Below the pieces are notes generated by a model. The model saw nothing but the letters and a program-made list of their open reading frames with translations, was not told where the DNA came from and did no database searches. DNA of 59,447 nucleotides from contig JAJUJA010000005.1 of the NCBI GenBank assembly GCA_029267355.1, positions 1 through 59,447 of the forward strand. Direction: 5' to 3'. This document shows, one piece after another, positions 18,370-28,800 of this stretch. The DNA comes from Elusimicrobiota bacterium (GTDB taxonomy: Bacteria > Elusimicrobiota > Elusimicrobia > Elusimicrobiales > UBA9959). Numbering within the stretch: the first letter of the stretch is position 1; the number at the start of each line of letters is the position of its first letter. A program made the position numbers and the translations under genes.

Positions 18370-19665
18370 TCAGAATGTTTCCATGCCGACCTGATTTATA
18401 ACGCTCTGCATTGTCTGGAAATAGCTGTTATTGTCTATCGGCCTGCTTTCATCGCTGGAACCCGAAGAAACGCAATACCATGTGGAGCTTTTCGTCTCAA
18501 GAAGCCAGTTCATGCTTATAACTCCCGGCTCGCCTCCCCCCTTATAGCCGGCATATTTGAAGCCGCCGGTTTTAATATCAAGGCCGGGATTAAGCGATAA
18601 TACGGCGTTCACCTTGGCATTATTTTTTTTCCTGAAATAATCCATAAGACGGCAAATATCTTCGGGCGAAGCGAACCACTCTATAGCATTTATGTAAGAA
18701 GCTTTATTGCCGGGATAAACCGATTTAATATCCGGCAGCGGCTTCTTTTCAAGCTCTTTTAAAATTTTCCTGCGGCTTTTCAAATCAGCCAGGGCGTATC
18801 TGGCCGCCAGCTGAGGGTCCGACTTGAGCTTGAACATCTCTGATGTTTTCAGAAAGGGCCTGTTCAAATCAACGAACGAATTATGAAAAAGAGAAAGGGA
18901 ATTTTCAATTTTTTCCCTGCCTATGAAATCTATCAGCATATCCGCGGCGGTATTATCGCTTTCGCTTATCATCGCCTGCGCCAGAGAGAAAACAGTAAAG
19001 GGAGAGCCCTCCGGAAAATTTTGAAGCCGCCCGGTAGGCAATGACTTGTCGCGCTCCCTTATCTTTATTATTTTGTCCCACGGCGCATCATTTTCAGCCA
19101 GCCAGGCGAGCACATAAAGTTTGAAAGCCGAACCGATAGGCATAGGTTTGGCCTCGTTTTTTGCGTAAATATTATCCTCAAGCCCTGACAATCTCTTTAT
19201 GAGTATCGCGTTATTTTGATACGGCAATTTCTCAAAAGGCGAGGAGCTTTCAGCCAGAGAAGGCGCATTTTTGAAGGCAGGCCTGAAGAAAAGGCCTGTC
19301 ACCTTCCATTTGGAGTTTTCCACGGTCACAGTTGCCGGAATTATGAAATCTTTATCGGTGTAAAAAAAGAAATCGGCCGTGAGTCCGCCCTTGTATGAAA
19401 CCGTGCTTACATTGACGACAGAGCCGTTTTCAGCATGCAATTGCTTGAATATTTCCGTCATTTTGTCCCTGGACACATAGTTAAAGAAGGACTTATCAAA
19501 GACATAGTTAAGCTTTTGAGGGTCAGGAGAAATTCTTGACGAAATCTTCCATGCCGCCACTATAAGCTTTTTAAGTTCCGGGCCTTCCTGTTTCTGCTCC
19601 TCCTGTGCCTGCTGGCAGTAAAGCGGCAGCGGCAGCAGTAAAAGCGTTAAAAGCGATTTCTTCAT
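18370..19665 (-). CDS. Secreted serine hydrolase, class A beta-lactamase/PBP-A-like (LpqF-like)
   Basis: Signal peptide, SxxK (GSAFK), SDN (ESDNTA), YKGG motif, extra N-terminal domain. Confidence 0.8.
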   Translation of the reverse strand: MKKSLLTLLLLPLPLYCQQAQEEQKQEGPELKKLIVAAWKISSRISPDPQKLNYVFDKSFFNYVSRDKMTEIFKQLHAENGSVVNVSTVSYKGGLTADFFFYTDKDFIIPATVTVENSKWKVTGLFFRPAFKNAPSLAESSSPFEKLPYQNNAILIKRLSGLEDNIYAKNEAKPMPIGSAFKLYVLAWLAENDAPWDKIIKIRERDKSLPTGRLQNFPEGSPFTVFSLAQAMISESDNTAADMLIDFIGREKIENSLSLFHNSFVDLNRPFLKTSEMFKLKSDPQLAARYALADLKSRRKILKELEKKPLPDIKSVYPGNKASYINAIEWFASPEDICRLMDYFRKKNNAKVNAVLSLNPGLDIKTGGFKYAGYKGGGEPGVISMNWLLETKSSTWYCVSSGSSDESRPIDNNSYFQTMQSVINQVGMETF

Positions 19666-20642
19666 AATGAAATACCCCTTATCTCAACTTTTTTGGTTCC
19701 TTTCTCTATTTTCCCTATCAAACTGGCCGTTTTATCCTGCTTAAGTATCAGCGGAACCGCTTTTTGAGGCACCACAGCTATCATGCCGATACCCATATTG
19801 AAAGTGGCGAACATTTCAGCCGCCTTTATATCAGCCTCATCGGCAAGTTTCTTCATAAGCGGCGGAACTCTCCAGCTTTTTGCATCCAGAACTGCGCTAA
19901 TCCCGTCTGGAATTATCCTTTCCAGATTGCCTTCTATTCCGCTGCCGGTTATATGCGCCAGTCCGCCTATCTTGAGTTTTTTCTTTGAAAGCGTATCCTT
20001 CATTTTTTCTATTTGCCTTACATAAATTCTTGTGGGCGTAAGAAACTGCTTTGAAAATTTCTTCAAAGATGGTTTTTTCTCCATAGCTTTCCTTATGAGA
20101 GAATATCCGTTTGAATGAAACCCGGAGGAAGCAAGTCCTATAACAGCGTCTCCCGGCCTTATTGAACTTCCGTCTATTATCTCGCTGTTTTTAACTATGC
20201 CTACGGAGAAGCCGCCCAGATCATATTCCCCTTTGGCATAAAAACCCGGCATTTCGGCCGTCTCCCCCCCCAAAAGTATCATACCCGACATTTTACAGCC
20301 TTCAAGAATGCCTTTTATTATGCTCTTTGATTTTTCCAGCTCAAGCTTGCCGGTGGCGTAATAATCAAGAAAGAACAGGGGCTTGCCGCCGCATGTTATA
20401 AGATCATTTACGCACATAGCCACGAGGTCTATGCCTATGGTATCATGGCGGTTCAATGCAAAGGCAAGCTTAAGTTTGGTTCCCACTCCGTCAGTGCAGG
20501 CGACAAGAGAGTAATCGCAGCCGTAATCCTTAAGGCCGTAAAGGCCGGCAAAGCCGCCTATAAGCGGCGATTTCTTTTCTAAAAATTCCGTGAATCTGTC
20601 AGACAGCGCGCTGTCAACTCCGGCTTTTTTATAGGAAATCAT
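19662..20642 (-). CDS. purM: Phosphoribosylformylglycinamidine cyclo-ligase (AIR synthetase)
   Basis: YKKAGVD, DGVGTK, GGETAEMPG, SSGFHSNGYSL, AHITG, TFNMGIGM. Confidence 0.97.
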   Translation of the reverse strand: MISYKKAGVDSALSDRFTEFLEKKSPLIGGFAGLYGLKDYGCDYSLVACTDGVGTKLKLAFALNRHDTIGIDLVAMCVNDLITCGGKPLFFLDYYATGKLELEKSKSIIKGILEGCKMSGMILLGGETAEMPGFYAKGEYDLGGFSVGIVKNSEIIDGSSIRPGDAVIGLASSGFHSNGYSLIRKAMEKKPSLKKFSKQFLTPTRIYVRQIEKMKDTLSKKKLKIGGLAHITGSGIEGNLERIIPDGISAVLDAKSWRVPPLMKKLADEADIKAAEMFATFNMGIGMIAVVPQKAVPLILKQDKTASLIGKIEKGTKKVEIRGISL

Positions 20643-20697
20643 TGCTTCTCCAGTTTTTTGAATTTTATCGGATTAAAAAGAGCTTTGAGACAAGTAT

Positions 20698-20726
20698 ATG
20701 TTATTACTTTGAGATTTCCCTGTCAA
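20698..20726 (-). promoter_or_regulatory. Promoter of the purM operon
   Basis: TTGACA (20726-20721), 17 bp, TAACAT (20703-20698). Confidence 0.6.
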
Positions 20727-20859
20727 ACGCGGCTGAAGCTGGAAATATTTCCGCCAACAGCATAAGATTTATCCCGGATTTGCCGCTTTAAGGAATAATG
20801 TTTTAACAGCCGTAAAAGAGAGCTTAAAAAGGGCTTTGGCAAAATGTTAAAATATAGTC

Positions 20860-21504
20860 ATGAAAGAACCGGCTTTGGCCTATGAATACGGCAAAGGACT
20901 TTATCTGAACATAACGAACAAATGTCCCACATCATGCGTATTCTGCATAAAAAGAAAATGGAAAATGTCCTACAGAGGAAATGACCTTAACCTCGGCGCC
21001 AGAGAGCCGTCCCTTGAGGAAGTAATTGCACAAATTAAAAATAAATCATCGCAGAAAAGATTTGAGGAGCTTGTTCTTTGCGGCTATGGCGAACCGACTC
21101 AAAGATTTGACATCATAAAAAAGCTGGCAGGTTCGGTCAGAAAAGGCGAAATAGAAGGTTTGCCGAAAGACATCAGGATAAGGATAAACACGAACGGACT
21201 GGGCAATCTGATAAACGGCTATGACATAACCCCGCAGATGAAAGGCCTCATAAATTCACTTCATATAAGCCTTAATTCGCATAAGCCGGAAAACTGGAAA
21301 AAACTGATGAGGCCTATGCCCCAATATGAGAAAGAAGGTTTTGACAGCGTAATTAGCTTTATAATCTCAGCCCGCTCTCATGTAGATGAGGTTGTTATTA
21401 GCGCCGTAAAGGGTTTGGAGCCGGATATTGAAGGATTGAAAAAATTTGCCGAAAAAATTAATGTGCCGCTGAGATTGCGCCCGGAGCTTGAAAATGAGAA
21501 TTGA
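20860..21504 (+). CDS. TatD-associated-type radical SAM protein
   Basis: LYLNITNKCPTSCVFC (CxxxCxxC), CGYGEP, RINTNGLG, ISLN. Confidence 0.85.
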   Translation: MKEPALAYEYGKGLYLNITNKCPTSCVFCIKRKWKMSYRGNDLNLGAREPSLEEVIAQIKNKSSQKRFEELVLCGYGEPTQRFDIIKKLAGSVRKGEIEGLPKDIRIRINTNGLGNLINGYDITPQMKGLINSLHISLNSHKPENWKKLMRPMPQYEKEGFDSVISFIISARSHVDEVVISAVKGLEPDIEGLKKFAEKINVPLRLRPELENEN

Positions 21505-21964
21505 AAGAAAGGATTTGCTTATAGCGCTGGCAGCCGCGCTTTTTATTTTCGTATCCGTGCCGGGAGTTATATTCAACTCGGCCATAAAAAAATATCTCGG
21601 TTTTCTAAATATCTGGTCACAAAAACCGATAACCTCCGTAAGACATCATAACGGGCAAATCCCCCCTGCAAGGTCATATACTTTCAGGGCTGACATTAAA
21701 GAGCCGGAACTCAAGGTGATATCATTTTCACTGAAAACCAAAAAAGCCGGAGAGATATTTATAGCAGGAGATTTTAACAAGTGGAAGAAAAACGATATAA
21801 AACTTTCCAGGAAGGAAAACGGCGCGAGCGAAACCATGATAGCGCTGGCGCCCGGAAAGTATAGATATGTTTTTTACATAGAAGGAGAAAAAGTCCTTGA
21901 TCCTTACAATCCGTCAGTAGCTGAATTTGAAGGAGAAAAGGTCTCCATCATAGAGGTTAAATGA
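21494..21964 (+). CDS. Membrane-anchored CBM48/AMPK-beta-type glycogen-binding domain protein
   Basis: N-terminal TM helix; IAGDFNKW, LAPGKYRYVFYIEG..DPYN. Confidence 0.82.
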   Translation: MRIERKDLLIALAAALFIFVSVPGVIFNSAIKKYLGFLNIWSQKPITSVRHHNGQIPPARSYTFRADIKEPELKVISFSLKTKKAGEIFIAGDFNKWKKNDIKLSRKENGASETMIALAPGKYRYVFYIEGEKVLDPYNPSVAEFEGEKVSIIEVK

Positions 21965-23442
21965 AAGTATTTTTCACCCTTCTTTTAATTGCCTCTTTGA
22001 GCCATGCCAAAGACGCCGCATTTCTCTGGCTGCCGCCGAGAGAGGCGGACTTTTCAGTATTTTCCTCTTCACTTCCGGCTTCATTTCGGCTTACAATAGC
22101 CTGCGAGCCGGAGAAATGCCGGCCGATTGAAAAGCTTATCTCAGGCGGAAATTTTGAGCAAGCGGCCGTGCCGCCGGGGCTGCCTTTTGTCTCAATTTCA
22201 TATTTCCCCTCGTCGGTTGACATAGATTATTTTAAAACGATGAATGACAATCCCTATATTTTCGCTTCGCTTATAAATGAAGTAAAAAAACAGCTTGAAG
22301 CGGCCGGGCCTGTTTACGGTTTTTTAACGCCCTATGGAGACTTGAATATCTCTGAACTTTCGCTTTATAAAGCTCTTGGCTATTCATGGGCTGCAGCTGC
22401 CGGACACAGGGAAAAAAATGATTGCGTTTTTGATTATCAGGGGCTTAAGATACCTTCTTTTGAAGTTTATTCTTCCACACAGCAAGTATTCTCTTCTTCA
22501 TGCCCTTTTTTTATCATAGACGATTCAGCTTATTCGGCTGACTATTCTTCGCAAACAATACTTTCTCTTTTATCGTCTCAGGATTTGAATCTTCTTACGG
22601 TAAGCGGGGCGATAGCCTTATCAACCGCAGCTGCCTTAAGCGATACCGATATATCATTTTATCCGTGGGTAGGATACAAAGATTATCTGAGCCAGGAAAA
22701 TATGTATGCATATCTGAAAACTCTTTCTCTGGTCAAAAAGGATATTTCAGTTTTCATAAACTCAAATCCCAAAAAAGAAAAAGAGCTTCTGGGGCAATAT
22801 CTTGAAGCCGAAAAACTTATTAAAGACTTAAAGAACTGCAGCGATATTTCCCAGCTTGAAGAGGAAGCGTCATCAGCTCTGGCCGCCGTTTATCAGCTTA
22901 TGGGCAGGCCGGCCCCCGATTTCGTTTATAAACCCTTCTTTGAGAAAAAAGAGGAAAAAAATTACGATATTTCGCAGAAGGAGAACTCCATAATTTTTTC
23001 CGCGCTCAATCCGGCCTTGTCAATATCTGAATTTTCGGTAAGCAGACAAGATAAGGGACTTTTATTCTCTTTGAAAGCCTCCACTTCCTCAAGGATTGAG
23101 GATTTGGCCGTTTATCTGGATATAAACTCCGCTGTCGGCGCAGGCAATGTTTCTCTTTTAAATTCTGTGAAAGCAAAGCTTTATGTCAAGAACGCCTGGG
23201 ATTACGCTTTGGCTTTTGAAAAAGACAGCGTTATTCTTTACAGTTATTCGTTCTATTCGCTAAAAAAAATCAAAACATACAGGCTTAATAGAAATAACGG
23301 CGAAATGCAATTTCTGATTCCAAAAGGCGATATACCTCAAAATTTTGAAAAATGGAAATATGCCGTTATCAACTCCTCCAATGGTACGATAATTGACGGC
23401 ATTTACAAAGAACTGGACAAGGGCTTCGTTTATCCCGTATAG
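21961..23442 (+). CDS. Secreted protein, degenerate GH57-like N-terminus plus glucodextranase DOMON-like C-terminus (tentative)
   Basis: Signal peptide; C-terminal LAVYLDIN..GAGN..AWDYAL resembles the DOMON-like domain of amylopullulanases; coupled to the CBM48 gene. Family assignment by eye. Confidence 0.5.
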   Translation: MKVFFTLLLIASLSHAKDAAFLWLPPREADFSVFSSSLPASFRLTIACEPEKCRPIEKLISGGNFEQAAVPPGLPFVSISYFPSSVDIDYFKTMNDNPYIFASLINEVKKQLEAAGPVYGFLTPYGDLNISELSLYKALGYSWAAAAGHREKNDCVFDYQGLKIPSFEVYSSTQQVFSSSCPFFIIDDSAYSADYSSQTILSLLSSQDLNLLTVSGAIALSTAAALSDTDISFYPWVGYKDYLSQENMYAYLKTLSLVKKDISVFINSNPKKEKELLGQYLEAEKLIKDLKNCSDISQLEEEASSALAAVYQLMGRPAPDFVYKPFFEKKEEKNYDISQKENSIIFSALNPALSISEFSVSRQDKGLLFSLKASTSSRIEDLAVYLDINSAVGAGNVSLLNSVKAKLYVKNAWDYALAFEKDSVILYSYSFYSLKKIKTYRLNRNNGEMQFLIPKGDIPQNFEKWKYAVINSSNGTIIDGIYKELDKGFVYPV

Positions 23443-23494
23443 AGATTGAAGTCAATATAGGCCTTAAGGTCCTCCATTTTTAGACTTAGGACAT

Positions 23495-23523
23495 TAGACA
23501 TACGTTTCATACGATACTATAAT
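23495..23523 (+). promoter_or_regulatory. Promoter for a leaderless PLD transcript
   Basis: TAGACA (23495-23500), 17 bp, TATAAT (23518-23523); ATG 7 nt later. Confidence 0.65.
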
Positions 23524-23530
23524 TTTACAG

Positions 23531-24727
23531 ATGAAAAAATTCAGACTGCTGATTGCCTCGCTTCTTTTGATGCCGGTCCTTGCTTTCTCCGGCCAGGCGG
23601 CAAGCCAGTTGTCGGGTTTTGGATATCCATCTTTCGAAATACCTCAGCCTCAAGCTCCCTATAAAGACGCCTCGCAGATAACGGGACTTCCGCTTTATTC
23701 CTTCTCCAGAGAAGGGATGATTTCATCTTATCTTAAAGCGGCTATAGACTCTTCCCGGTATTCAGTGGACATAGCGATATACGGCATAAGCGACTCACAG
23801 CTGGCGCAGGCGGTAATAGAGGCGAAACAAAGAGGCGTCAAGGTCAGAATGATAGTGAATCAGGCGCATCTTTTTGCAGCAAAAGTTGATCCGTCCCTTC
23901 AGGCCCTTATAGACGCAAAAGTTGAGATAAGAACTCTCAAAGGCGGCGGAAGATACGGCATAATGCACAATAAACTTGCGATTTTCGATTCAAGGATACT
24001 ATTCGGCGGCTCTTTCAACTGGACATTAAAGGCCAATAATTCAAATTTTGAAAATGCAATCTTTTCGGCAGACTCAAAGTATATATCCGGTTATAAGGCA
24101 TATTTTGAATGGATGTGGTCATATGCCAGGCCTTATGAACAGGGGCCTATGAGCGACTATGATGTTTCCAATCTTAAATTCATTCCGTCCGACAATTCTC
24201 CATCGGTTTCCTTTAATTCAATAAGATTGCCGTCCTACGCTTTCTCGCCAAACGGCGGCATAAAAGAAACCATAATAAAAGCCATAGATGCAGCCGGCAA
24301 AGAGATCAAAGTCGCCATTTTCAGTTTTTATGACGAGAAAATCTATGATGCGCTTAAGCGCGCAGCTTTAAGAGGAGTTAAAGTTAAAATGGTGGCGGAC
24401 AGGGTCCAGTCCAGCCAGAGCGACATAGTAAAGAAAATGTATTTAGAGGGCTATGACTTCAGATGGTCAGCCGGGTTTTCCGGCGGCGTTATGCACAATA
24501 AGTTTATTGTACTGGATTCCAAGCTTCTTATAAGCGGCTCTTTCAATTTTTCAGACAGCGCCCAGTATTACAATTTTGAGAATATATTTATAACCGACAA
24601 AAGTTCATATACGTCGGCCTTTGAGCAGGAATTTGACTATATATATTCCCAGGCCAGAAAGCCGTCCCAGGAAGAAATAGACTCAATAAATTCATTTTCC
24701 TCAGACAGCAGATTTGAGTCTTTCTGA
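23531..24727 (+). CDS. Secreted phospholipase D-family protein with two HKD domains
   Basis: Signal peptide; HNKLAIFD..GSFNW..NFEN and HNKFIVLD..GSFNF..NFEN. Confidence 0.9.
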   Translation: MKKFRLLIASLLLMPVLAFSGQAASQLSGFGYPSFEIPQPQAPYKDASQITGLPLYSFSREGMISSYLKAAIDSSRYSVDIAIYGISDSQLAQAVIEAKQRGVKVRMIVNQAHLFAAKVDPSLQALIDAKVEIRTLKGGGRYGIMHNKLAIFDSRILFGGSFNWTLKANNSNFENAIFSADSKYISGYKAYFEWMWSYARPYEQGPMSDYDVSNLKFIPSDNSPSVSFNSIRLPSYAFSPNGGIKETIIKAIDAAGKEIKVAIFSFYDEKIYDALKRAALRGVKVKMVADRVQSSQSDIVKKMYLEGYDFRWSAGFSGGVMHNKFIVLDSKLLISGSFNFSDSAQYYNFENIFITDKSSYTSAFEQEFDYIYSQARKPSQEEIDSINSFSSDSRFESF

Positions 24728-24760
24728 GGCAAAGCCCGCCTATTTGCTATAATTTTACTG

Positions 24761-25852
24761 ATGGTACATGATATAACTAGGATTCTCTGCCAGGCCATTA
24801 CTCAGTCGGATATTTCATATTTCATTACCGACAAAGACGGCAAAATCATTTTCGCAAATTCCGCCTTTGAAAAAAACACCGGCTATTCCTCAAAGGAAAT
24901 CGAGGGAAAAACTCCTTCTTTGATAAAAAGCGGAAAACATAACAGCGAATTTTACCAAAATCTCTGGAACACCATAAAAACCGGCAGTAAATTTAAAAGC
25001 CGCATAATAAACAAAAAGAAGAATGGTCAGCTCTATACCGTTATGCTGAGCATACAGCCTGTCAGAATAGATGGCGAGGTTAGATATTATATAGGCAGAG
25101 AGGAAGACATTGAAGGGCTGATGCAGCTTGAATCCAAGCTGATAGAATCGCAGAAAATGGAATCTCTGGCCACAATGACAGGCGAGCTGGCTCATAATTT
25201 CAACAATTTGCTTACGGTCATAATAGGCTCCATGGAGCTTATTTCCGAAGAATTAAAAGAAGATTCTCCGACAAAAAAGCTTTCTGTTGAGCTTTTGAAA
25301 AGCGCAAAAGAACAGGCCAAAACCATAAAACAGCTTATGATCTTTGCGAGAAAACAAAACTCTTCAGAAATAAAAGAAGCGGACATAAATGAAACTCTAA
25401 GGGATCTTCTGCCCTTGATACAATCGCAGGTAGGATCCAAAATAAGGGTCTTTTTCATTCCTTCCGGCACCATCTATAAAGCGCGTATAGACGAAAATCA
25501 GATCAAGCAGGCAGTACTTAATCTGACTTCAAATTCAAAAGACGCCATAGACGGCACAGGAGAAATAAATATTCTGACCTACACGATCAATAATCAGACA
25601 GAAGAAAAAGAGCCCTACCACACAGGAAATTTTTCAGTTATAGAGGTGCAGGATAATGGCTCAGGAATACCGGAATCGGCCATAGAACATATATTTGAGC
25701 CTTTTTATACCACAAAACAGAAGGGCAAAGGCACGGGACTGGGTCTTTCAAGCGTTTACGGTATAGTAAAAAATCACGGCGGCTATGTTTATGCCTCAAA
25801 TCTTAAGCCCAAAGGCGCATCCTTCAAAATCTATCTTCCGTCAGCAAAATAA
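24761..25852 (+). CDS. Cytoplasmic PAS sensor histidine kinase
   Basis: PAS/PAC, LAHNFNNLL H-box, NSKDA, DNGSG, FEPFYTTK, GTGLGL. Confidence 0.92.
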   Translation: MVHDITRILCQAITQSDISYFITDKDGKIIFANSAFEKNTGYSSKEIEGKTPSLIKSGKHNSEFYQNLWNTIKTGSKFKSRIINKKKNGQLYTVMLSIQPVRIDGEVRYYIGREEDIEGLMQLESKLIESQKMESLATMTGELAHNFNNLLTVIIGSMELISEELKEDSPTKKLSVELLKSAKEQAKTIKQLMIFARKQNSSEIKEADINETLRDLLPLIQSQVGSKIRVFFIPSGTIYKARIDENQIKQAVLNLTSNSKDAIDGTGEINILTYTINNQTEEKEPYHTGNFSVIEVQDNGSGIPESAIEHIFEPFYTTKQKGKGTGLGLSSVYGIVKNHGGYVYASNLKPKGASFKIYLPSAK

Positions 25853-25870
25853 TTTTTTTCCGCAGCGCTT

Positions 25871-28800
25871 TTAACTTTCTCTTTTACCAAAGCCGAATTT
25901 ATCTTTGAGCCATTGCTGCATATCATCCATATAAGAATATGTAACAGGCGTCATAAGAAGAGTTATGAGAAGCGAAAGAGACTGACCGCCTATTATGACC
26001 CAGGCCATGGAACGCCTCATATTCGCGCCGGGGCCTGTGCCGAAAGCTGTCGGCAGCATGGCAAAGATGAGAGTAAGAGTCGTCATAAGTATGGGCCTGA
26101 GCCTTGTCCTGTTGGCCTCTATCATTGCCTCATACCTCGGCTTGCCTTCAGCCCGCAGGGTATTCGTATAGTCAACCTGAAGTATGGAGTTTTTCTTTAC
26201 TATGCCGAAAAGCATAAACATGCCCATAAGAGAAAATATAGTCAGGTTGGAGCCGGTTAAAAACAGCGATATTATCGCAAAAGGCAAAGTTAGAGGCAAA
26301 ACCACTATGATTGAAACTGGATAAACAAAACTTTCAAACTGAGCCGCCAGCACTATATATACGAACAAAAAGGCAAGTATAAAAGACATAATGAAACTCT
26401 TAAGCATTCTTCCAAATTCCTTGGCCTTGCCTGTCGGCTGAGCCTTATACTGAGGCGGAAATTTCAGAGAGGCGAAGGAAGATTGGCATATATTCAGCAG
26501 CTTGCTTAAAGAGGCCTCTTTTTCCAGATTGGCATAGATTGATATCTTTCTTTGCCTGTTATAACGGTCTATTTGCGTAGGCCCCATGCCCTCTTCAAGT
26601 TTAGCCACGCTGTCAAGACGGACAACGCGTCCCTGTGCGGCCGGCACCATAAGAGCCTTTACCACTTCGGGGCTGTTTCTATAATTTTTGTCTGCCCTTA
26701 CCCTTACCTGATACAAGTCGTCTCCTTCCTTGTACTTGGTTATATTTTCAGCCCCGCCTACCATAGTCCTAAGCGAAGTGGCTATATCTTCCGGCTTCAC
26801 CCCGAGTTTTGCCGCCTTTTCCCTGTCTATGATGACTCTGTACTCGGGTTTGGCATAGGTAAAACTTGTGTCTAAATCCACAGCGCCCCTGATATTTTTG
26901 AGTTTTCCCAAAATCTCGGAAGAGGCATATTGAAGCTTGTCCAGTTCCGGTCCGGTTATCACATATTCCATGTCATAATTTTTCATCCCGCTTATGCTGC
27001 CCTGACCGCCTATTATCACCGAGGTTCTGAGCGTATTATATTTCTCGAGCATTTTTCTGGCTGAAGCCATCACCGCCGAAAGGGGAACGCTTCTTTCAGA
27101 AGCAGGAGTCAACTCAAAGAACAGAGAGGACTGATTTGAGGCATTTACATTTCCCTGGCCTGAACCGACAAGGACAAGACTTTCCTTTACATAAGGGATT
27201 CTTTTCATCTCCTTTTCTATCTGGAAGGACACATTCTTCATCATTTCTATATTTGTGCCCTCAGGAGCTGTTATATTAACCTGAAACATTCCGGTATCGT
27301 CCTGCGGCAAAAAGTCTTTTCCTATGAGAAAAAGCAGAGGAAACATTGAAGCTATGACAAGAAAAGCAAAAAGCACCATTTTTTTCCTGTTGGATAAGGC
27401 CCATTCCAGCACAATCACATATCTGTCGGCAATGTACTTATTAAGTTTGTCAACAAACTGCTGAAATTTTGTTGAACCGTGGGCTTTTTTCAAAAAAATG
27501 GATGAAAGCATCGGAGTTATTGTTAAAGCCACAAAAGTGCTTATGGCGACTGCATAGGCTATGGACAGGCCGTAGCTGTTTATGAATCTGCCCACCATTC
27601 CGGACATATAGGCCAGGGGCACAAAGATGGCCAGAAGCGAAATTGAAATGGCTATAACGGCAAAGCCTATTTCGGCGGAACCTGAAATAGCCGCCTCATA
27701 AGGACTCTTGCCGTATTTTTCCATATGCCTGTGTATATTTTCTATCATAACGACAGCATCGTCTATGACAAGGCCGACAGCTATCATAAGGCCGAGAAGC
27801 GTCATATTGTTCAGTGTAAACCCGCTCTTATCCATAAGAGCAAAGGCGCCTATTAAAGAAACTGGTATGGCCACTGATGATATTATGGTGGAACGCCAGT
27901 CGCCTATAAAAAGCAGTATTATCAGAGAGGCCAAAATTGAGCCCAATACCAAGTGTTCATAAACGGCATGCACTGAACCTTTTATAAAAATGCTTTGATC
28001 GCCTATAACCTTTACTTCCACATCCTTGGGCAAAGTTTTTTTAAGTTCAGAAAGCCTTTCCTTGACCTTGTCTATAACCTCAACCGTATTGGTCCCTGAC
28101 TGTTTTCTGACCGTAAGCGTTATTGCCGGCACGCCGTTGAGATAGGAAACGCTCTGAATTTCCTCTCCTGTATCTTCAACTTTGGCTATATCCGAAATTT
28201 TAATCTGGGCGCCGTTTGCTGAAGCAACTACTATATCTTCAAAATCCTTTGGAGAAGTTATTCTGCCGAGAGTTCTCAAAACGAAATCCTTGTCCTTTTG
28301 CTCAACTTTGCCGCCCGGTATTTCCACATTATGCTGGGTGAGAGCGTCTTTGACCTGTTTTATGGAAATATTGAGCGCCTGAAGTTTTAAAGGATTTACA
28401 AGTATATGTATTTCCCTTTCCCTTCCGCCTATCAAATCTATGGCGCCTACTCCGTTGACGGTTTCTATATTTTCCTTTATCTGTTTTTTGACTATGTTGG
28501 TGAATTCAATTATGTTCCTTCTTGAAGCGGCCGCTATACTCATAACCGGCATACTGCCGAAGTCAACCTTGCTTATAACCGGCTGATCGGTGCCCTGAGG
28601 CAGCTGGCTTAATACGGAGTTTACCTTGTCTCTGATTTCCTGAGCGGCCACATCCGGGTCTTTTTCAAGCTCAAATTTTATCATTACAACCGAAAGGCCC
28701 TCATAGCTTGTGGAACTTAAATCCTCTATGCCGCTTACAGTATTTACCGCTTCCTCTATTATCTTTGTAACTGACGATTCAATTTCCTCGGGGCTGGCGC

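Noticed and set aside
20679-20689. 11-nt identity (AGAGCTTTGAG) between the purM 5' UTR region and the CRISPR repeat
   Set aside because: About one 11-mer match to some part of a 36-nt repeat is expected by chance in ~120 kb of two-strand sequence, and the match does not extend.
20643-20859. Purine or ZTP riboswitch upstream of purM
   Set aside because: The predicted 5' UTR is only ~50 nt, with no aptamer consensus or terminator.
23459-23501. Imperfect GGnC-N5-GTCC palindromes upstream of the PLD promoter, loosely similar to sequence near 58595-58625
   Set aside because: Too degenerate to define a motif from two sites; needs genome-wide motif discovery.
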